64,000 bases of DNA from a virus, in the IMG/VR virus record IMGVR_UViG_3300032030_000078, positions 1,001 through 65,000 of that record; one strand, written 5' to 3'. Position 1 is the stretch's first letter. Each line of letters starts with the position of its first letter. This document shows, piece by piece, positions 21,427 to 33,511 of this stretch. The translations under genes and the position numbers were made by a program. The notes below the pieces were generated by a model. It saw only the letters and a list, made by a program, of their open reading frames with translations. It was not told where the DNA came from and did no database searches.

Positions 21427-23986
21427 CTACAACTCTATCGGTTCTCCATACCAACATTTTGATACTTCTACATCACAGTCTATTGGTGTATCAAGTTTAT
21501 CCTTTGCTGCAATACTCATTAAATATGAAAATCGTTTCTTACATTCAACTGCATTTTCTAAAGGACATTGTGCGAGTAATTCATCATGTATAGTTATTAA
21601 TAATTTAAAATTTAATTCTTTTAATCTTTTATCATTCCCTATTAATATCATTGCCTTTTTTGTCATATCTCCTGCACTTCCGCTGAATCCTGCTATTAAC
21701 ACATTGCCTTTCTGCATCGGCTATATAACTACTATTATCCTTTATTATTATACCTTCTTTTCTTGCTTTCGCTTTTATTTCTTCTTTTTGCTGTCGCCCG
21801 TATGCTTTATTTAATAAATTTGTGTAATATTCGATGGCTTCATAATCTATATACTCATTTTGTCCGCCATCAAAATTTAATGGGTCAAAATTTTTATCTT
21901 GTTTTTCTGTAAAATCAAATTCATAACGGTCTAATTGCATATTTGGCAACCTTCTTTTTCTACCCCATAATGTTGTTACATATCCTTTTTCCCTTGCCAT
22001 TTGTTTACTGTCTTTTTCAAATTTAGGTATTGCAGGAAATCCTTTAAATACTTTATCCTGTATTCCTTTCGCTTTTTCAATACTACAATGTAATTGTTCT
22101 GCTATACTATTTATACCTCTTCCATAAAGTAATCCGTAATAATATTGATTTTGCTTGACTTCTTCTTTCTTTACCTTCTGGATATTTTTTATCTGTTTTT
22201 TTACCGTTTTCATCTAAATAAAACTCAAGACATTCTTCATATGTAGTATCAAATGCCACCGCTGCAATTTCTGAATACATATCTCTATTTGTTCTAACTT
22301 TATTCATCATTTCTTCATCTTTACACACCAATGCTAACATCTTAGGTTCTTGTTGCTTTCCGTTATAAGGCTCGTTAAACCTACTCCCCTTTCGGTGGAG
22401 TGTCAGACTATATCTTATACATTTCTGTATCCTCTTGTTTCGACTTCACTTGAAGCCTACTCTACTCGGTTCAATTTATTTTTATAAACTGCCTTTCGAT
22501 AGTCGTTACACACGATTATTTTCTAATCTTGCTCGGTATTGCCTTGCCCTTTGGTTTAGGTTTCACCGACTTAAAGAGGTTTTACTACTCCCAGTTTTTT
22601 AGGTTAAGAGTAATCACTTGACATAAGAACACAACCATCATCAGCTACAAACATTTTTCGTATATCCTTATTGTGGCTAGGGATATTTTGCATATTGATT
22701 TCCTGACTGCTAAATCTTCCGGTCTTTGCTCCATATTGGTTAAATACACAGTGTATTTTTCCATCGTTGGGATTAATTACCTCATCTAGGTTATCAATAT
22801 ATGTTGATACTAATTTTCCCATTTCTCTATATCCTAATATTACTTGACAAAATTCATTATTCATTGCCTTTAGTGTGTCACTGTCTGTACTTCTAGGTGA
22901 CTGTTTTGGGATTGGTTTTTCTCCTAATATATCATACAATAAAATTGCTATTTGCGGAGGACTTGATATATTTATCATGCTACCTAATTTATTATTTGGA
23001 TTTTTTCTTCTATATTCTTCTATCTTGTCATTGTATTTATCGCATAATTTGTAAAATTCGGCTTCTTTTTCTAATAGCAACTTATTATATTTTTCGGATA
23101 ATTTATGCCTATATTCAGGGTCTACTTTTATTCCATTGTCCTCCATATCTGCTACTACATTAATCAAAGGCATTTCAATCTGTCTAAACACATCTGCAAC
23201 ATCTGTCAACTCTTTATCAATACATTTTTGACTTGTTTTATCTAAAAATTGCTCTTGATATTTATACAATTCAAATGTTATTTCCGCATCTCTTGATGCG
23301 TAAATATAGGCACAACTTATTGGTACTAAATTAAATTTACCTTTTTCAAATAAGTCATTAAATCTTGAAGCCTCTTTTTCGCTTTTCAAAACATACTTAT
23401 TATGCAAGTCTTTTAAATTATTATGTGGTTCATTTTCGTTTAATAATTTTTGTGCTATATATCCATCCCAATATGCCTCTAAATATACACCTATTTGATG
23501 CCTTAATACTCTTATGTCAAATTTGGCATTAAACATTATTAATTTAACCTTATTATCTACAAGCCTTTGTAATTGTTGCTTACAAAATTCTTTTGATAAC
23601 TGATTACTTACTTTTTCATTTGTTATATAATCTATATGATTTATTGGTATATATACTGCTTTTTGAGCAGGAGTATATAAAGAAAAACCAACTATATCAT
23701 CTAACATAGGATTTAACCCTGTTGTTTCTGTATCCAATGCTACAATTCCATTTTTAATACAATCATCTATATATACTTTTAGACTTGCTTCATCTCTAAT
23801 ACATTCGTATTTTTCTTTATATTCTCCTAAATGTTCTTCTACTAAATTTTTAATTCTAGTAATTCTTTCTTGTAAACTCATTCCTGCTTTTGCTACTACT
23901 TTTGAAGGTTTTTTTGTTGTTTTACTTAATATATTTTTATCACTTTCCTTTGTTGAAGGAAATCCTGGTATATTAAATAAATTCAT
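21427..23986 (-). CDS. polA: family A DNA polymerase, interrupted by a group I intron and containing two CGG +1 sites
   Basis: Exon 1 23986..22607 ends ...CVLMSSDYS; exon 2 22355..21427 starts QQEPKMLALVCKDEEMM...KSILL[G]LLYGRGINSIAEQLHC...AERQCVNSRIQ[G]SAGDMTKKAMILIG...FKLLITIHDELLAQCP; CGG 22134-22136 and 21680-21682; 2560-251 = 3n+2. Confidence 0.93.
22356..22606 (-). other. ORF-less group I intron (251 nt) in polA
   Basis: Exon ends in T, intron ends in G; P7-like GACTATC ... AGATATAGTC strands typical of phage group I introns; removal restores DYS|QQEPKML (motif A). Confidence 0.85.
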
Positions 23987-24302
23987 TATTGCACTTCCTT
24001 TAGTATTATTTCATATATACTGAAATTATTTGTATTGTTTAATTTTTTACAATCTCTTATATTTAAAAATTCCCACAATATACTTGCCTCTCTATGAGTA
24101 TCCATAATTATAGCATTTTGCAAATTATCTGTAACAACTATATTATCATTTTCTATAGATTGCAAATATTCATTACCACTACTTAAAATATACATTATTT
24201 TTACTCCTTTAATTTATTCACTTCATCTACAAGTTCATTTATTTTATTATAAAATTGTTGAAAATTCATATTAGCAGTTTTTAATTTCTCATCACTCATA
24301 AA

Positions 24303-24962
24303 TTAAAAATTATCCTCCTCATTGTATGCAATTGGTCTGCGTCTTACAGGCATTTCTCTTTCGACTTGTCTTCTTACAGGTTGTTCATGTCTATTTCCTC
24401 TTTGTGGTTGTTCCATTTCAAAAGTTCCTGTTTGTACATAATTTTGTAATTCTTCATAAGTTTTTGTTTGAAAACAAATTCCCTCCGCTTTTACTTCTGG
24501 AAAATCAGTTACTTTTGCATTATCTGTATTTCCTGGATAAAATTGATAATCTGTACTAGTTTCACCTTTCTTACCAACTCTTTCTACTTCAATTGATGTG
24601 CCTACAAGTGGATTATATCTTGCACATAAACTTGATAATTTCTTGAAAAATGTTCTTCCTCTTGTCCATATTTTACTTTCTTTACTACTTTCATCATATA
24701 CTGGAATAAATAATTTAGCATTTTGTTTATAATTTGCTGCACATAGTGGACAATTATCAACTGGTTCATTATAGGCTCTTAAACATTCAACGTCCATTGT
24801 TTTATCTCCAACTTGTACTTCATGCACTGCAACTCCTTCTAAATCGTTTATATCATTAATTAAAAATCTTATTTTTGCTGTATCTCCATCATCTTTTAGA
24901 CTAAAATAATTTGACTTTGGAGCTCCATAAAACTCACTTTCGTTATAATTAAATCTTGCCAT
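24303..24962 (-). CDS. phage single-stranded DNA-binding protein-like
   Basis: CLRAYNEPVDNCPLCAANYKQNAKLFIPVYD...WTRGRTFFKKLSSLC, gp32-like layout. Confidence 0.65.
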   Translation of the reverse strand: MARFNYNESEFYGAPKSNYFSLKDDGDTAKIRFLINDINDLEGVAVHEVQVGDKTMDVECLRAYNEPVDNCPLCAANYKQNAKLFIPVYDESSKESKIWTRGRTFFKKLSSLCARYNPLVGTSIEVERVGKKGETSTDYQFYPGNTDNAKVTDFPEVKAEGICFQTKTYEELQNYVQTGTFEMEQPQRGNRHEQPVRRQVEREMPVRRRPIAYNEEDNF

Positions 24963-24964
24963 AA

Positions 24965-25228
24965 TTAATCATTCTCCTTTACTATAAATTTTATACCCGT
25001 TCTGTCTTCATTTTCCACTTGTACATCTGCAAATGCTGGTATACAAATTAAATCCTTTCCGCTTGGTGCTACAAATCCTCTTGCTATTGCTATTGCTTTT
25101 ACTGCTTGATTTACTGCTCCCGCTCCTATTGCTTGTAATTCTACCTTTCCATTTTCCTTTAGCATTCCTGCTATTGCTCCTGCTACTGAATTTGCGTTTG
25201 AATTTGTTGAAATTTTTAATGTTTTCAT
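24965..25228 (-). CDS. SpoVS-like/Alba-like small protein
   Basis: MKTLKISTNSNANSVAGAIAGMLKENGKVELQAIGAGAVNQAVKAIAIARGFVAPSGKDLICIPAF. Confidence 0.8.
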   Translation of the reverse strand: MKTLKISTNSNANSVAGAIAGMLKENGKVELQAIGAGAVNQAVKAIAIARGFVAPSGKDLICIPAFADVQVENEDRTGIKFIVKEND

Positions 25229-25352
25229 TGTTTTTCCTTTCCTTTCTTTACTTTTTTATTACTACATAAATCAAATGATTTACGAAATAACCAAATTGAT
25301 ATTTTTTGTAAAATTTTTTGCATTTTAACCTCCTATATAATATATCTATAAA

Positions 25353-25940
25353 TTATGCTAAAATTATACTCGAATTTAAAATTTTTTGCTTTATTTTTTC
25401 TAATCTTTTATATATTGTTATGGGTTTTAATTTTAATATATTTGATATTTCATTAATAGAATATCCAGCGTTTAATAATTTACAATGATATTTTTCTTTA
25501 CTAGTTAAGTTATAATTATCTAATATTAGATTTTCATCATTTATAGAATCCATTATATCTAAACTCAATATTTGTAAATTTTCTATATCTAAACAATTAA
25601 TATTAGCTTTTCTTTTTTGCATATTTAATAAATTACTTTCAATACACAATCTATTTTTATAACACTTACTAAAATATGTCATAAATCGTATGTTTAAATC
25701 TGTATTAAATGTTAATAAACATTTATCTAATTCTTGTAAACAAAAACTAGCTTTGTCTTCTTCATTAATTATTGGATATAATGTATTTATTTTACACAAT
25801 AAACCATAATTATTTGAATAAAAATAAGCTAGTATATTTGGAGATAATTTCTCCTGATATTCTTTAATAAGTTGAATTTCATTTACTTTACTTTCCTTTC
25901 CTGTTAAAATACTTTTCATCATTTTTAGTGTTTCTTGCAT
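25353..25940 (-). CDS. sigma factor-like protein
   Basis: Sigma-like layout, C-terminal HTH LTSKEKYHCKLLNAGYSINEISNILKLKPITIYKRLEKIKQKI. Confidence 0.55.
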   Translation of the reverse strand: MQETLKMMKSILTGKESKVNEIQLIKEYQEKLSPNILAYFYSNNYGLLCKINTLYPIINEEDKASFCLQELDKCLLTFNTDLNIRFMTYFSKCYKNRLCIESNLLNMQKRKANINCLDIENLQILSLDIMDSINDENLILDNYNLTSKEKYHCKLLNAGYSINEISNILKLKPITIYKRLEKIKQKILNSSIILA

Positions 25941-25977
25941 AGTTCTTTACCAACCTTTCCTTTGTAAATTTTATGTT

Positions 25978-26006
25978 ATTATAATATAGTATAATAAATA
26001 TGTCAA
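25978..26006 (-). promoter_or_regulatory. consensus sigmaA-type promoter
   Basis: Minus strand TTGACA - 17 nt (TATTTATTATACTATAT) - TATAAT. Confidence 0.8.
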
Positions 26007-26013
26007 TAGTATT

Positions 26014-26967
26014 TTAAAAGATTTCTTTTAAATTTTCTATTTCGCTCCATGCACATTCATTTATATCCTTTCTATTAGTTGGTAATATAGCATCTGTAAT
26101 AAGTTTATTTTTTATATTATCTTTTATTCTATATCGTCCTTTCCATCCCGCTGCATCATTATCCATTGCTAATATATATTTTCTACAAGGTAATTTATTT
26201 AACTGTTCGAATTGATAATTTGTACCTAAACCATTTAATGCAACTGCATATTTTCGATGAGTCCATAAAGTAATTGCATCTATCATACTTTCACATATAT
26301 ATATTTCTTTCGGAAATTTCTTTAATTGATATAATTCATATATTCCATACACAGGTTTTTCCACAGAGTGTGGATAATTAAAATATTTATAATTTATAGC
26401 CCTTCTTGCTATAAATAAACAGTTTCCATTTTTATCCCTTACAGGAAATGTTATACAATCTCTTTTTCTATCATAACCGTATATCAAAAATATTAATTAC
26501 ATTTTCATTAAGTCCGTCTTTTAAACATATATGGGTGATAATATCTATATTGGTCAAGTTCTTTTTCGTCAACATATTGCCTTTTAAAATCGTTTTTAAG
26601 CACTTTTCTTTTTGTATCAATATAAACATTCCTTTGTTGTAAAATATCACCTAAAAAATTGTTTTTAAGCCACTGTAAACCAAATTGTCCTAAATCATCT
26701 TTTCCAAAACATCTACTAATTAATTGTTCTAATGAACAACTTACATTACAGGTAAAACAATGTAAATATCCATCTTCTTTTCTAATACCGACAACTGGGC
26801 TTTCTTTCTTGTCCCTGTTTATGAAATGGACAATTAACCATTAAATCTTCCGGCAATTCTTTTATTGTATTAAATAAATATATTTGATTTATTGCTAATT
26901 GCTCTTTCAATTCTTGTATTATATCTATTAAATTTAATTCATAGTAATTATTATTTATTTTAATCAT
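26014..26967 (-). CDS. dnaG: DNA primase, zinc finger + TOPRIM (three CGG +1 sites)
   Basis: MVNCPFHKQGQERKPSC[G]IRKEDGYLHCFTCN...YHPYMFKR[G]LNENVINIFDI[G]YDRKRDCITFPVRDKNGNCLFIARRAI...ICESMIDAITLW...YILAMDNDAAGWKG; CGG 26788-26790, 26514-26516, 26477-26479; 954 nt = 3n+3. Confidence 0.95.
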
Positions 26968-27275
26968 TTATTATATAACCTCATATAATCATCTAAAAAC
27001 TCCCATAATGCGTCCGTTTTAAACCCGTATAATTCTAATTTTTCTTTCAAGTAATCCATATCAACTAAATCTTCATTATATTCAACTTGAGCTTGTAAAC
27101 TATCTATTTCATCCCATAAATTCCAATTATCTCTTTCTAATTCTTCATAGCTGTCATCTAAATTATTATAAGTATCTTCTAAATCTTTATATTCTTTTTG
27201 TAATTTCTTGAAAAATACATTTAATTGTCCTTTACACATATTATCTATTTCTTTATCAGAAAACATCTTCATCAT
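26964..27275 (-). CDS. hypothetical coiled-coil protein
   Basis: ORF only. Confidence 0.35.
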   Translation of the reverse strand: MMKMFSDKEIDNMCKGQLNVFFKKLQKEYKDLEDTYNNLDDSYEELERDNWNLWDEIDSLQAQVEYNEDLVDMDYLKEKLELYGFKTDALWEFLDDYMRLYNK

Positions 27276-28548
27276 CTTTAAACTCCTTTTTCATTTTATT
27301 TATTTTTTCTTTCCTTTGGTTTGGTTCTAGTCCATCATCATTACTTGGCACATAAATAAAATTTCCCATATTAAAATCAAATTGATATAATAAAGTTTGT
27401 CCAGTTCTACCATCTCTATGTTTTCTTACTGATAATTGTAATATATTATCATTTACTTTTTGTTTTATTGCTAATACTTTTGTTGCATTTGCTGCAATTC
27501 CATCACTATCTTTTATATTTTCTAAATCAGGTGTTTCTTCTGTATCTTTGTTTACCCCACTTCTATTACTTTGTACCACTACTAATATTGGTATTTTTAG
27601 TTCTATTGATAAACTCATTAAATCCTCACTTATATTGGTTAGCATTGTTGTTCGTGTATCGCCTTTATTATATCTTTCATCGGTTAAATAAGTTATTCCA
27701 TCTATACCTAAAATATCTATTTTATTTTTCTGTACAAAATTCTTTATTTTGCTAACAGTTATCTTTTTATTAAAATCTTGTGGAATTGTTACAATAAATT
27801 TATTTTTCTTTTCTTTTAAAGATTTTATATAATCTTCATATCCTATTTGATTTTGTCCGCCATACTAAATTTTTATTGCTAAAATGATTTACAAGTGTAT
27901 CAAATCTATATCCTATTTTTGTGGCTGACATTTCAGGACTTATTAAACCTACATTATATCCTATTTGCCAACTATGTGATAACATTTTATTTAATATCCA
28001 ACTTTTTCCTTGTCCTATTCTTGCAAATAATACCACTAATTCTTCACCGCCTTGAAAATCCTTTGAATATTGTGTCTAATTCTTCAAATCCTGTTGTTAT
28101 ATATTGTTCATCTTTTCCTTTTAATTTTTCTTGATATTCATTGAATCTCTGTTCTGCATTTTGTATTATATCTATTCCGTTCTGTCTTTTGTAAACTTGT
28201 TAATTTTGGTATTTCCTGCAATAAATATGCTACCGCTTCTTCACTATTTGATTTTAATTTTTCTGCAACATTCTGTACCACTGGTACTGTTTTATAATAT
28301 AAATATTCTTCATTTATTTTGTCTGTTAAGTATTTATCACTTTCCGTTACCTCTATTAAATTAAATTCTGGGAATTGATTTAAAAATGTTTCTTTATCAG
28401 GCACTTTTCCATATTGTTTATAAAAATTATCTATATATTCAAATTCTTCTTCGTATTGCAAAAACATTTCTTTTGATAGATTATTATTTAATACTAAATC
28501 AAAATTACCTGTTTTTAATATTTTGTTAATTGACTGCAAAACAACCAT
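27256..28548 (-). CDS. dnaB: replicative DNA helicase, DnaB family (three CGG +1 sites)
   Basis: ...LTSLQKTE[G]IDIIQNAEQRFNEYQEKLKGKDEQYITTGFEELDTIFKGFSR[G]GEELVVLFARIGQGKSWILNKM...LVW[G]QNQIGYEDYIKSL...IDILGIDGITYLTDERYNKG...PILVVVQSNRSG...DSDGIAANATKV...RKHRDGRTG; CGG 28177-28179, 28047-28049, 27857-27859; 1293 nt = 3n+3. Confidence 0.95.
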
Positions 28549-28554
28549 AATATT

Positions 28555-29061
28555 TTACCCCTTAATAAATTGTCTATTAAATAATTTATTACATAAAACA
28601 TCCTTTTGTTCATATAAATTTCTCCAATAAATAAAATTATTATGATTATCTGCCAACAATTCTTCATATTGAATTTTTAATTTATCATAAGCATTTTTAT
28701 AAAAGTCAACTAATTCAGTTTGTAACTTTAATTGCTCTAATAAAGGCGCATCTCCTGAATTTTCTGGATAGTATTTTACACTATCGTTATTTTTAATATT
28801 ATAAATTAATCCACAATTATTATAATAATTTATCCAATATTGTTCTCTTTCGTTTAGCTTATATTCACTACATTCTTCAACAATTTCAAACTTAAAATTT
28901 TCTTTACCATATTTATCCCAATCATTTTGTAATAAATTATTTACATGTTTATGCTTATTTAATAAACATCTATGATGTTTTTTTCTATTTTTAATATTTT
29001 TAGATTGACCAACATAAACTTTTTCATTCACTAAATTAGTAATTTTATAAATTCCAATCAT
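28555..29061 (-). CDS. GIY-YIG homing endonuclease
   Basis: MIGIYKITNLVNEKVYVGQSKNIKNRKKHHRCLLNKHKHVNNLLQNDWDKYGKENFKFEIVE. Confidence 0.85.
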   Translation of the reverse strand: MIGIYKITNLVNEKVYVGQSKNIKNRKKHHRCLLNKHKHVNNLLQNDWDKYGKENFKFEIVEECSEYKLNEREQYWINYYNNCGLIYNIKNNDSVKYYPENSGDAPLLEQLKLQTELVDFYKNAYDKLKIQYEELLADNHNNFIYWRNLYEQKDVLCNKLFNRQFIKG

Positions 29062-29336
29062 AATATTTTACTCCTTATTTTTGTTGTAATGCAATTTGTA
29101 ATTTTTCTTTTGATGTTTGCTTATCTTCGTAACTTTTTAAAATTTTAACCACTTCATCAACTATATCTTCTCCACATAAAACAACAAAAGGCAAATCAAA
29201 TATATGTAATTTATCTTTTTCTATATGTTGTGCATTATCTTGCTTATGTTCTTTTAAGTAATTAAAATCGTTTTCACTTAATTTCCAACCCGTTCTATCT
29301 TCTAATTGCTTTATACTTAAATTTCCGAACATCATA

Positions 29337-29996
29337 TTAAACACCTCTCCTATCATTTCCAAATAACTCAACTACCGTTGAATCGTTGTAAATTCTCGAT
29401 TTTAATCTATTACCAACTGCATTTACAAGTTCCTCCTCATTAAGATTTCCTGTATATATATTGGATTTTCCTGCTAAAATTCTTTGGTCTATATAAGTTA
29501 ATAAATTCGTATGATCATAATCGCTTAATTTTCCTGCTGCTATATCATCCCATATAACTAAATCAACTTCTAATAGTTGTTTTTTCGTATCTTCAAATTC
29601 TTCATCTTTTTTATTTATTATTTCTTTAAATTTAGTTAAAAAAGATGGTACATGAATAAATAATCCTCTTTGTGTGAATCCATTTCCAGCCCATATTTTA
29701 TTAAAATATGCTTTCATAAATTTTATTGCCCATGTTGTTTTACCATTGCCAAATCTTTCACTAAATATATATAAATTTTCCCCATTTTTTATAAAATTTT
29801 CTATATCTTTTTTTAATTCATTTAAAAACTTATAATTTTCTATATCAACTTTTTGTGGTATTAATTCTACATTAAATTGTTCCCCTTTTGGTATATTACT
29901 TGTTTCAATTAAATATTTCATTTCTAAATATCTTATACAATTTAGTTGACAACTATCTTTGTAATTATTACAAGTGTTTTTATACCAACAAGACAT
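29337..29996 (-). CDS. DnaC-like helicase loader ATPase
   Basis: LYIFSERFGNGKTTWAIKFMKAYF...DLVIWDDIAAGKLSDYDHTNLLTYIDQRILAGKSNIYTGN. Confidence 0.8.
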   Translation of the reverse strand: MSCWYKNTCNNYKDSCQLNCIRYLEMKYLIETSNIPKGEQFNVELIPQKVDIENYKFLNELKKDIENFIKNGENLYIFSERFGNGKTTWAIKFMKAYFNKIWAGNGFTQRGLFIHVPSFLTKFKEIINKKDEEFEDTKKQLLEVDLVIWDDIAAGKLSDYDHTNLLTYIDQRILAGKSNIYTGNLNEEELVNAVGNRLKSRIYNDSTVVELFGNDRRGV

Positions 29997-30351
29997 ATTT
30001 ACTTATTATCCTCCTCTAATAACTCTTGTACTATGGTGCTATGCCTTTATCCCAAGTATAATCTTCTCCAGTTGCTTCATCATATTCATAATGTTGTACC
30101 CATTTATCATAATCATTTCCTGTTAAAATTCTTACAATTTGGTCTATTACCCAAGTTTTATGATGTTCTCCATCTATTTGACCATATTGAAAAATTAATC
30201 CTAAAATATTATTATTCTTTTCTTTTTCTTTATTATATAGGTCTTTCCACTTTTTTAAAATTCCTTGTATATCATCTTCACTATCTAATCCTTCATTGAT
30301 TATAATATCTGTTTGTTCTTGTAGTCCTTTTATCTCTTCTTCGCTCATGCT

Positions 30352-30757
30352 CTACTCCTCCTCTAGCAATTCTGGATTATCCCATTTATTGCCTATTACT
30401 TCTCCACTTCTAGGAACATAATCAATACATAATGTTCCTTTGCTGTCATTTTTTATTGTATATGAAGCTGTTTCCTCATTCCAAACAACAATAAAATTTT
30501 CATAATATAATTCTCTCGTTTGATGATTTTCCAAACGATATTTTACTATATCTCCCTCAAATATTTTTGTTCCATTTTTATCTTTTAATCCTGTATATTG
30601 TCCTATTGTATCTTCTATAACATCATATCTTGAACCATCTATTGTGCTATTATCACTTATTTCATATACATTACACATTTGTGTTGGTTGTAATAAATCT
30701 CCATAAATCCATTCACAATCGCTTTGTCTTTGCCCGTCTAAATTCTATTTCCCTCAT
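30352..30757 (-). CDS. YopX family protein (one CGG +1 site)
   Basis: MREIEFR[G]QRQSDCEWIYGDLLQPTQ...DVIEDTIGQYTGLKDKNGTKIFEGDIVKY; CGG 30734-30736; 406 nt = 3n+1. Confidence 0.9.
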
Positions 30758-32192
30758 TTTTACACTTCCCTTTCTTTCTTTGTAAAGTATTCTATCCATT
30801 CATCTTTATTATAACAACGATATCTTCCTAATAATTCGCCGCCTTTTTCTTTTTTAAAATAACAAAATTTTGCTTCTGTTATCATTTCTGCCATTAAATC
30901 TATTACTTTATCTTTTTGTTGTAGTTGCTCTTGTTGTTTTTCTATTAGATTTAATATATTTTTACATATATAATCTGGAATATGGCACACACCCTTTTCA
31001 GTATTTGTATCTATCCAATATTTAAAATCTCCTATTTCTTTCTTTTCTTTTTCTGACATAGCTCCTCCTTACCACTCCTTATATGTTTTTTCATTATTCA
31101 TAATTCTTATAATATCTTTCCAATGCTCTCTATATTCTTTAAATTCTCCTATAATATGTCTATTACCTATTCTGTCATCATCAATATAATCTGCAATGGT
31201 TTCTGTATAAGAATCTATATAGTTTTGTGCATATTCTTTTATACTTTCTATTATTTTTATAGCTTCCTTTATAGTTTCTTCCATTTCCTTTGCACTATCA
31301 TCAGCTGCTTTAAATCCCTTTAATTTATTTATTAGTTCTTCCATATTAGTCCTCCTTAATCTTCTCTAGTTTTTATAATAATTTTGTTGTCTTTTTCTTT
31401 TATTCCTATAACCTTTTTGCATATATAATCTCCTTTTTTATTATGTACACCTGTCTCGCCATAATTAGCTTGATGAATAGGTGTTTCTAAATCCATAATA
31501 AATTCTCCACCTTTATATCCTTCATACATAGAACCATTTACATTAAATGCTTTTCGGTATAATTCATCTGTGTAACATTCTCCTTCATCTGAATATTCTA
31601 AAGCTAATTCGCAATAACTTCCTCTCCAACTACTAAATTCAGTTGGGACATTGCCATCATCAAATTCTACTTGTAAAAATTTATCCTTATATTGTTTCAA
31701 ATCTTCTATTAAGTTTCCTAAATTATATTCTTTTCCACTCATAATTTTTTGTGTATTATTTATATTGTTTATAAAATCTTGCATATTCATTTCATTATTC
31801 CTCCTTCTTATGCTTCTTTGCATAAACTATATTTTATTCTCCTTTGTTTAATAATTCTTGTAAAACTTCTTTTCTTATTTTATCTTTTTCTAATATTTCT
31901 AACTTTTCATCAGTATTATGAATTGGAGAAGTAACAATATCCATTTTTCTTCTTTTTATTTCTTCTATCTTTTCTTCTATCTCATCTTTACTAACTGAAT
32001 TATCTAATGCTGATTCTAATTCTTTATTTCTTGCTATTAGATTTTCTATGTATTCACTTAATTGTTGTACGCATTTTGTATTCAAAATTATATCTTCTGT
32101 TAAGTATATAATATCTTTATTTTTACTTCTTTCTATTATGTTTCTAGCAATATAATCTCCACCTAATTCATCAATTTTCAATACTTCCATAA

Positions 32193-32804
32193 CTACTCCT
32201 TTACTTTATACAGTACTAAATTAAATTGTTCGTGGGTTACCCATTTATATCCTCCTGCGGTCTTATTTTTTCCTGTAATACATTGGCTTATATTTTTTCT
32301 GTTTATGCCTAGTTGTTCTTGTACTTCAGTAGCAGATTTCCATTCTTTTATAAATTCTCCTTGTAAACTTAATTGAATAATTGGTTCGTTCTTATTTTCT
32401 TTACACCATAACCTAATTGTATCTCTTTGCTTTTTAGTGTTTTTAGCTAAATTCATCTTATAAGCGTGTAATTCATTTTCACTTCTCGTTGCCCATTCAA
32501 GATTTTTTACTCTATTATCAGTTTTTATTCCATTTATATGATTAACTGTTTCTTTATTTAAAGGATTATTAATAAAAGACATTGCTACAATTCTATGTAC
32601 ACCATATTTTTTATTAACTCCGTTTTTACTTAACTCGACTCTTTCATATCCCTCTTTGCCTATAAATGTCTTTTTTATTATTTCTTTTACATTTCTTTCA
32701 CTTTTTTGATATTTTGTTTTTCTTTTTAAGGATTTTATTTTGCCTAAATTACTAATTTGATATAAACCTTCATATCCGAGGAATATCTTTCCATACTTCT
32801 CCAA
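32193..32804 (-). CDS. NUMOD4/HNH homing endonuclease
   Basis: FLGYEGLYQISNLGKIKSL...YGVHRIVAMSFINNPLNKETVNHINGIKTDNRVKNLEWATRSEN... Confidence 0.85.
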   Translation of the reverse strand: MEKYGKIFLGYEGLYQISNLGKIKSLKRKTKYQKSERNVKEIIKKTFIGKEGYERVELSKNGVNKKYGVHRIVAMSFINNPLNKETVNHINGIKTDNRVKNLEWATRSENELHAYKMNLAKNTKKQRDTIRLWCKENKNEPIIQLSLQGEFIKEWKSATEVQEQLGINRKNISQCITGKNKTAGGYKWVTHEQFNLVLYKVKE

Positions 32805-33048
32805 CTTTTATTTCCTTATCTTCTTCCCACTCTACTCCATTTAGTTTTCTTGTCGCTCTTAATTCTTCATCATCTAAATCAAATGCCATAATCTCTACTT
32901 CCTTTCTTTTAATTCTAATAAATCCACCTTATATTACATAAAATACCAATTATATAATATATAGATACTTCAACTGAAGTCTTTCCATTTATAACCCCAA
33001 TTATAACTAATATAAAAAACACAATTTGCAATATTTCAAAACATAATT

Positions 33049-33315
33049 TCATTTACTCACCTCGCATTCATTTTCTACCCTCTGTAATTGTCTTTTTACT
33101 TTATACTTCATACAATTTGTTACATTTTCTATATCAATATTATATTTTTGTCTTATTTGCTCTAATAATACTAAAACATCTGCAAATTCTTCAACAATAT
33201 GTGTATTAGCATGATTTTCTAATATAGCCTCAGTTAATTCATATATCTCCTCATTTAATTTCTTTAGTTGATTATTAACTCCATAATGATTTATTATTTT
33301 CAAATATTCATTCAT
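33049..33315 (-). CDS. MazG-like nucleotide pyrophosphohydrolase-type small protein
   Basis: NQLKKLNEEIYELTEAILENHANTHIVEEFADVLVLLEQIRQKY. Confidence 0.6.
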   Translation of the reverse strand: MNEYLKIINHYGVNNQLKKLNEEIYELTEAILENHANTHIVEEFADVLVLLEQIRQKYNIDIENVTNCMKYKVKRQLQRVENECEVSK

Positions 33316-33511
33316 TTTTGCTTCTTGCCTTTCTTAATTTATATTCCTTTATAAAAATTTTATCCAATTCTTTTCTACTGAAAATAAAATCTTTTGTACC
33401 CTTGTTAATATATACTATATCATCAGAAATTTCAAAATGTAAATAACATTTACGTTTTCGATTTTCTGTTATTTCTAATCCTGTAACATTATAACTACCC
33501 ATAATTTACTC

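Noticed and set aside
21427-21717. Track ORF starting MQKGNVLIAGFSGSAGD as a separate protein
   Set aside because: It is the 3' part of polA preceded by a wrong-frame extension; the real join is RIQ[G]SAGDMTKKAM.
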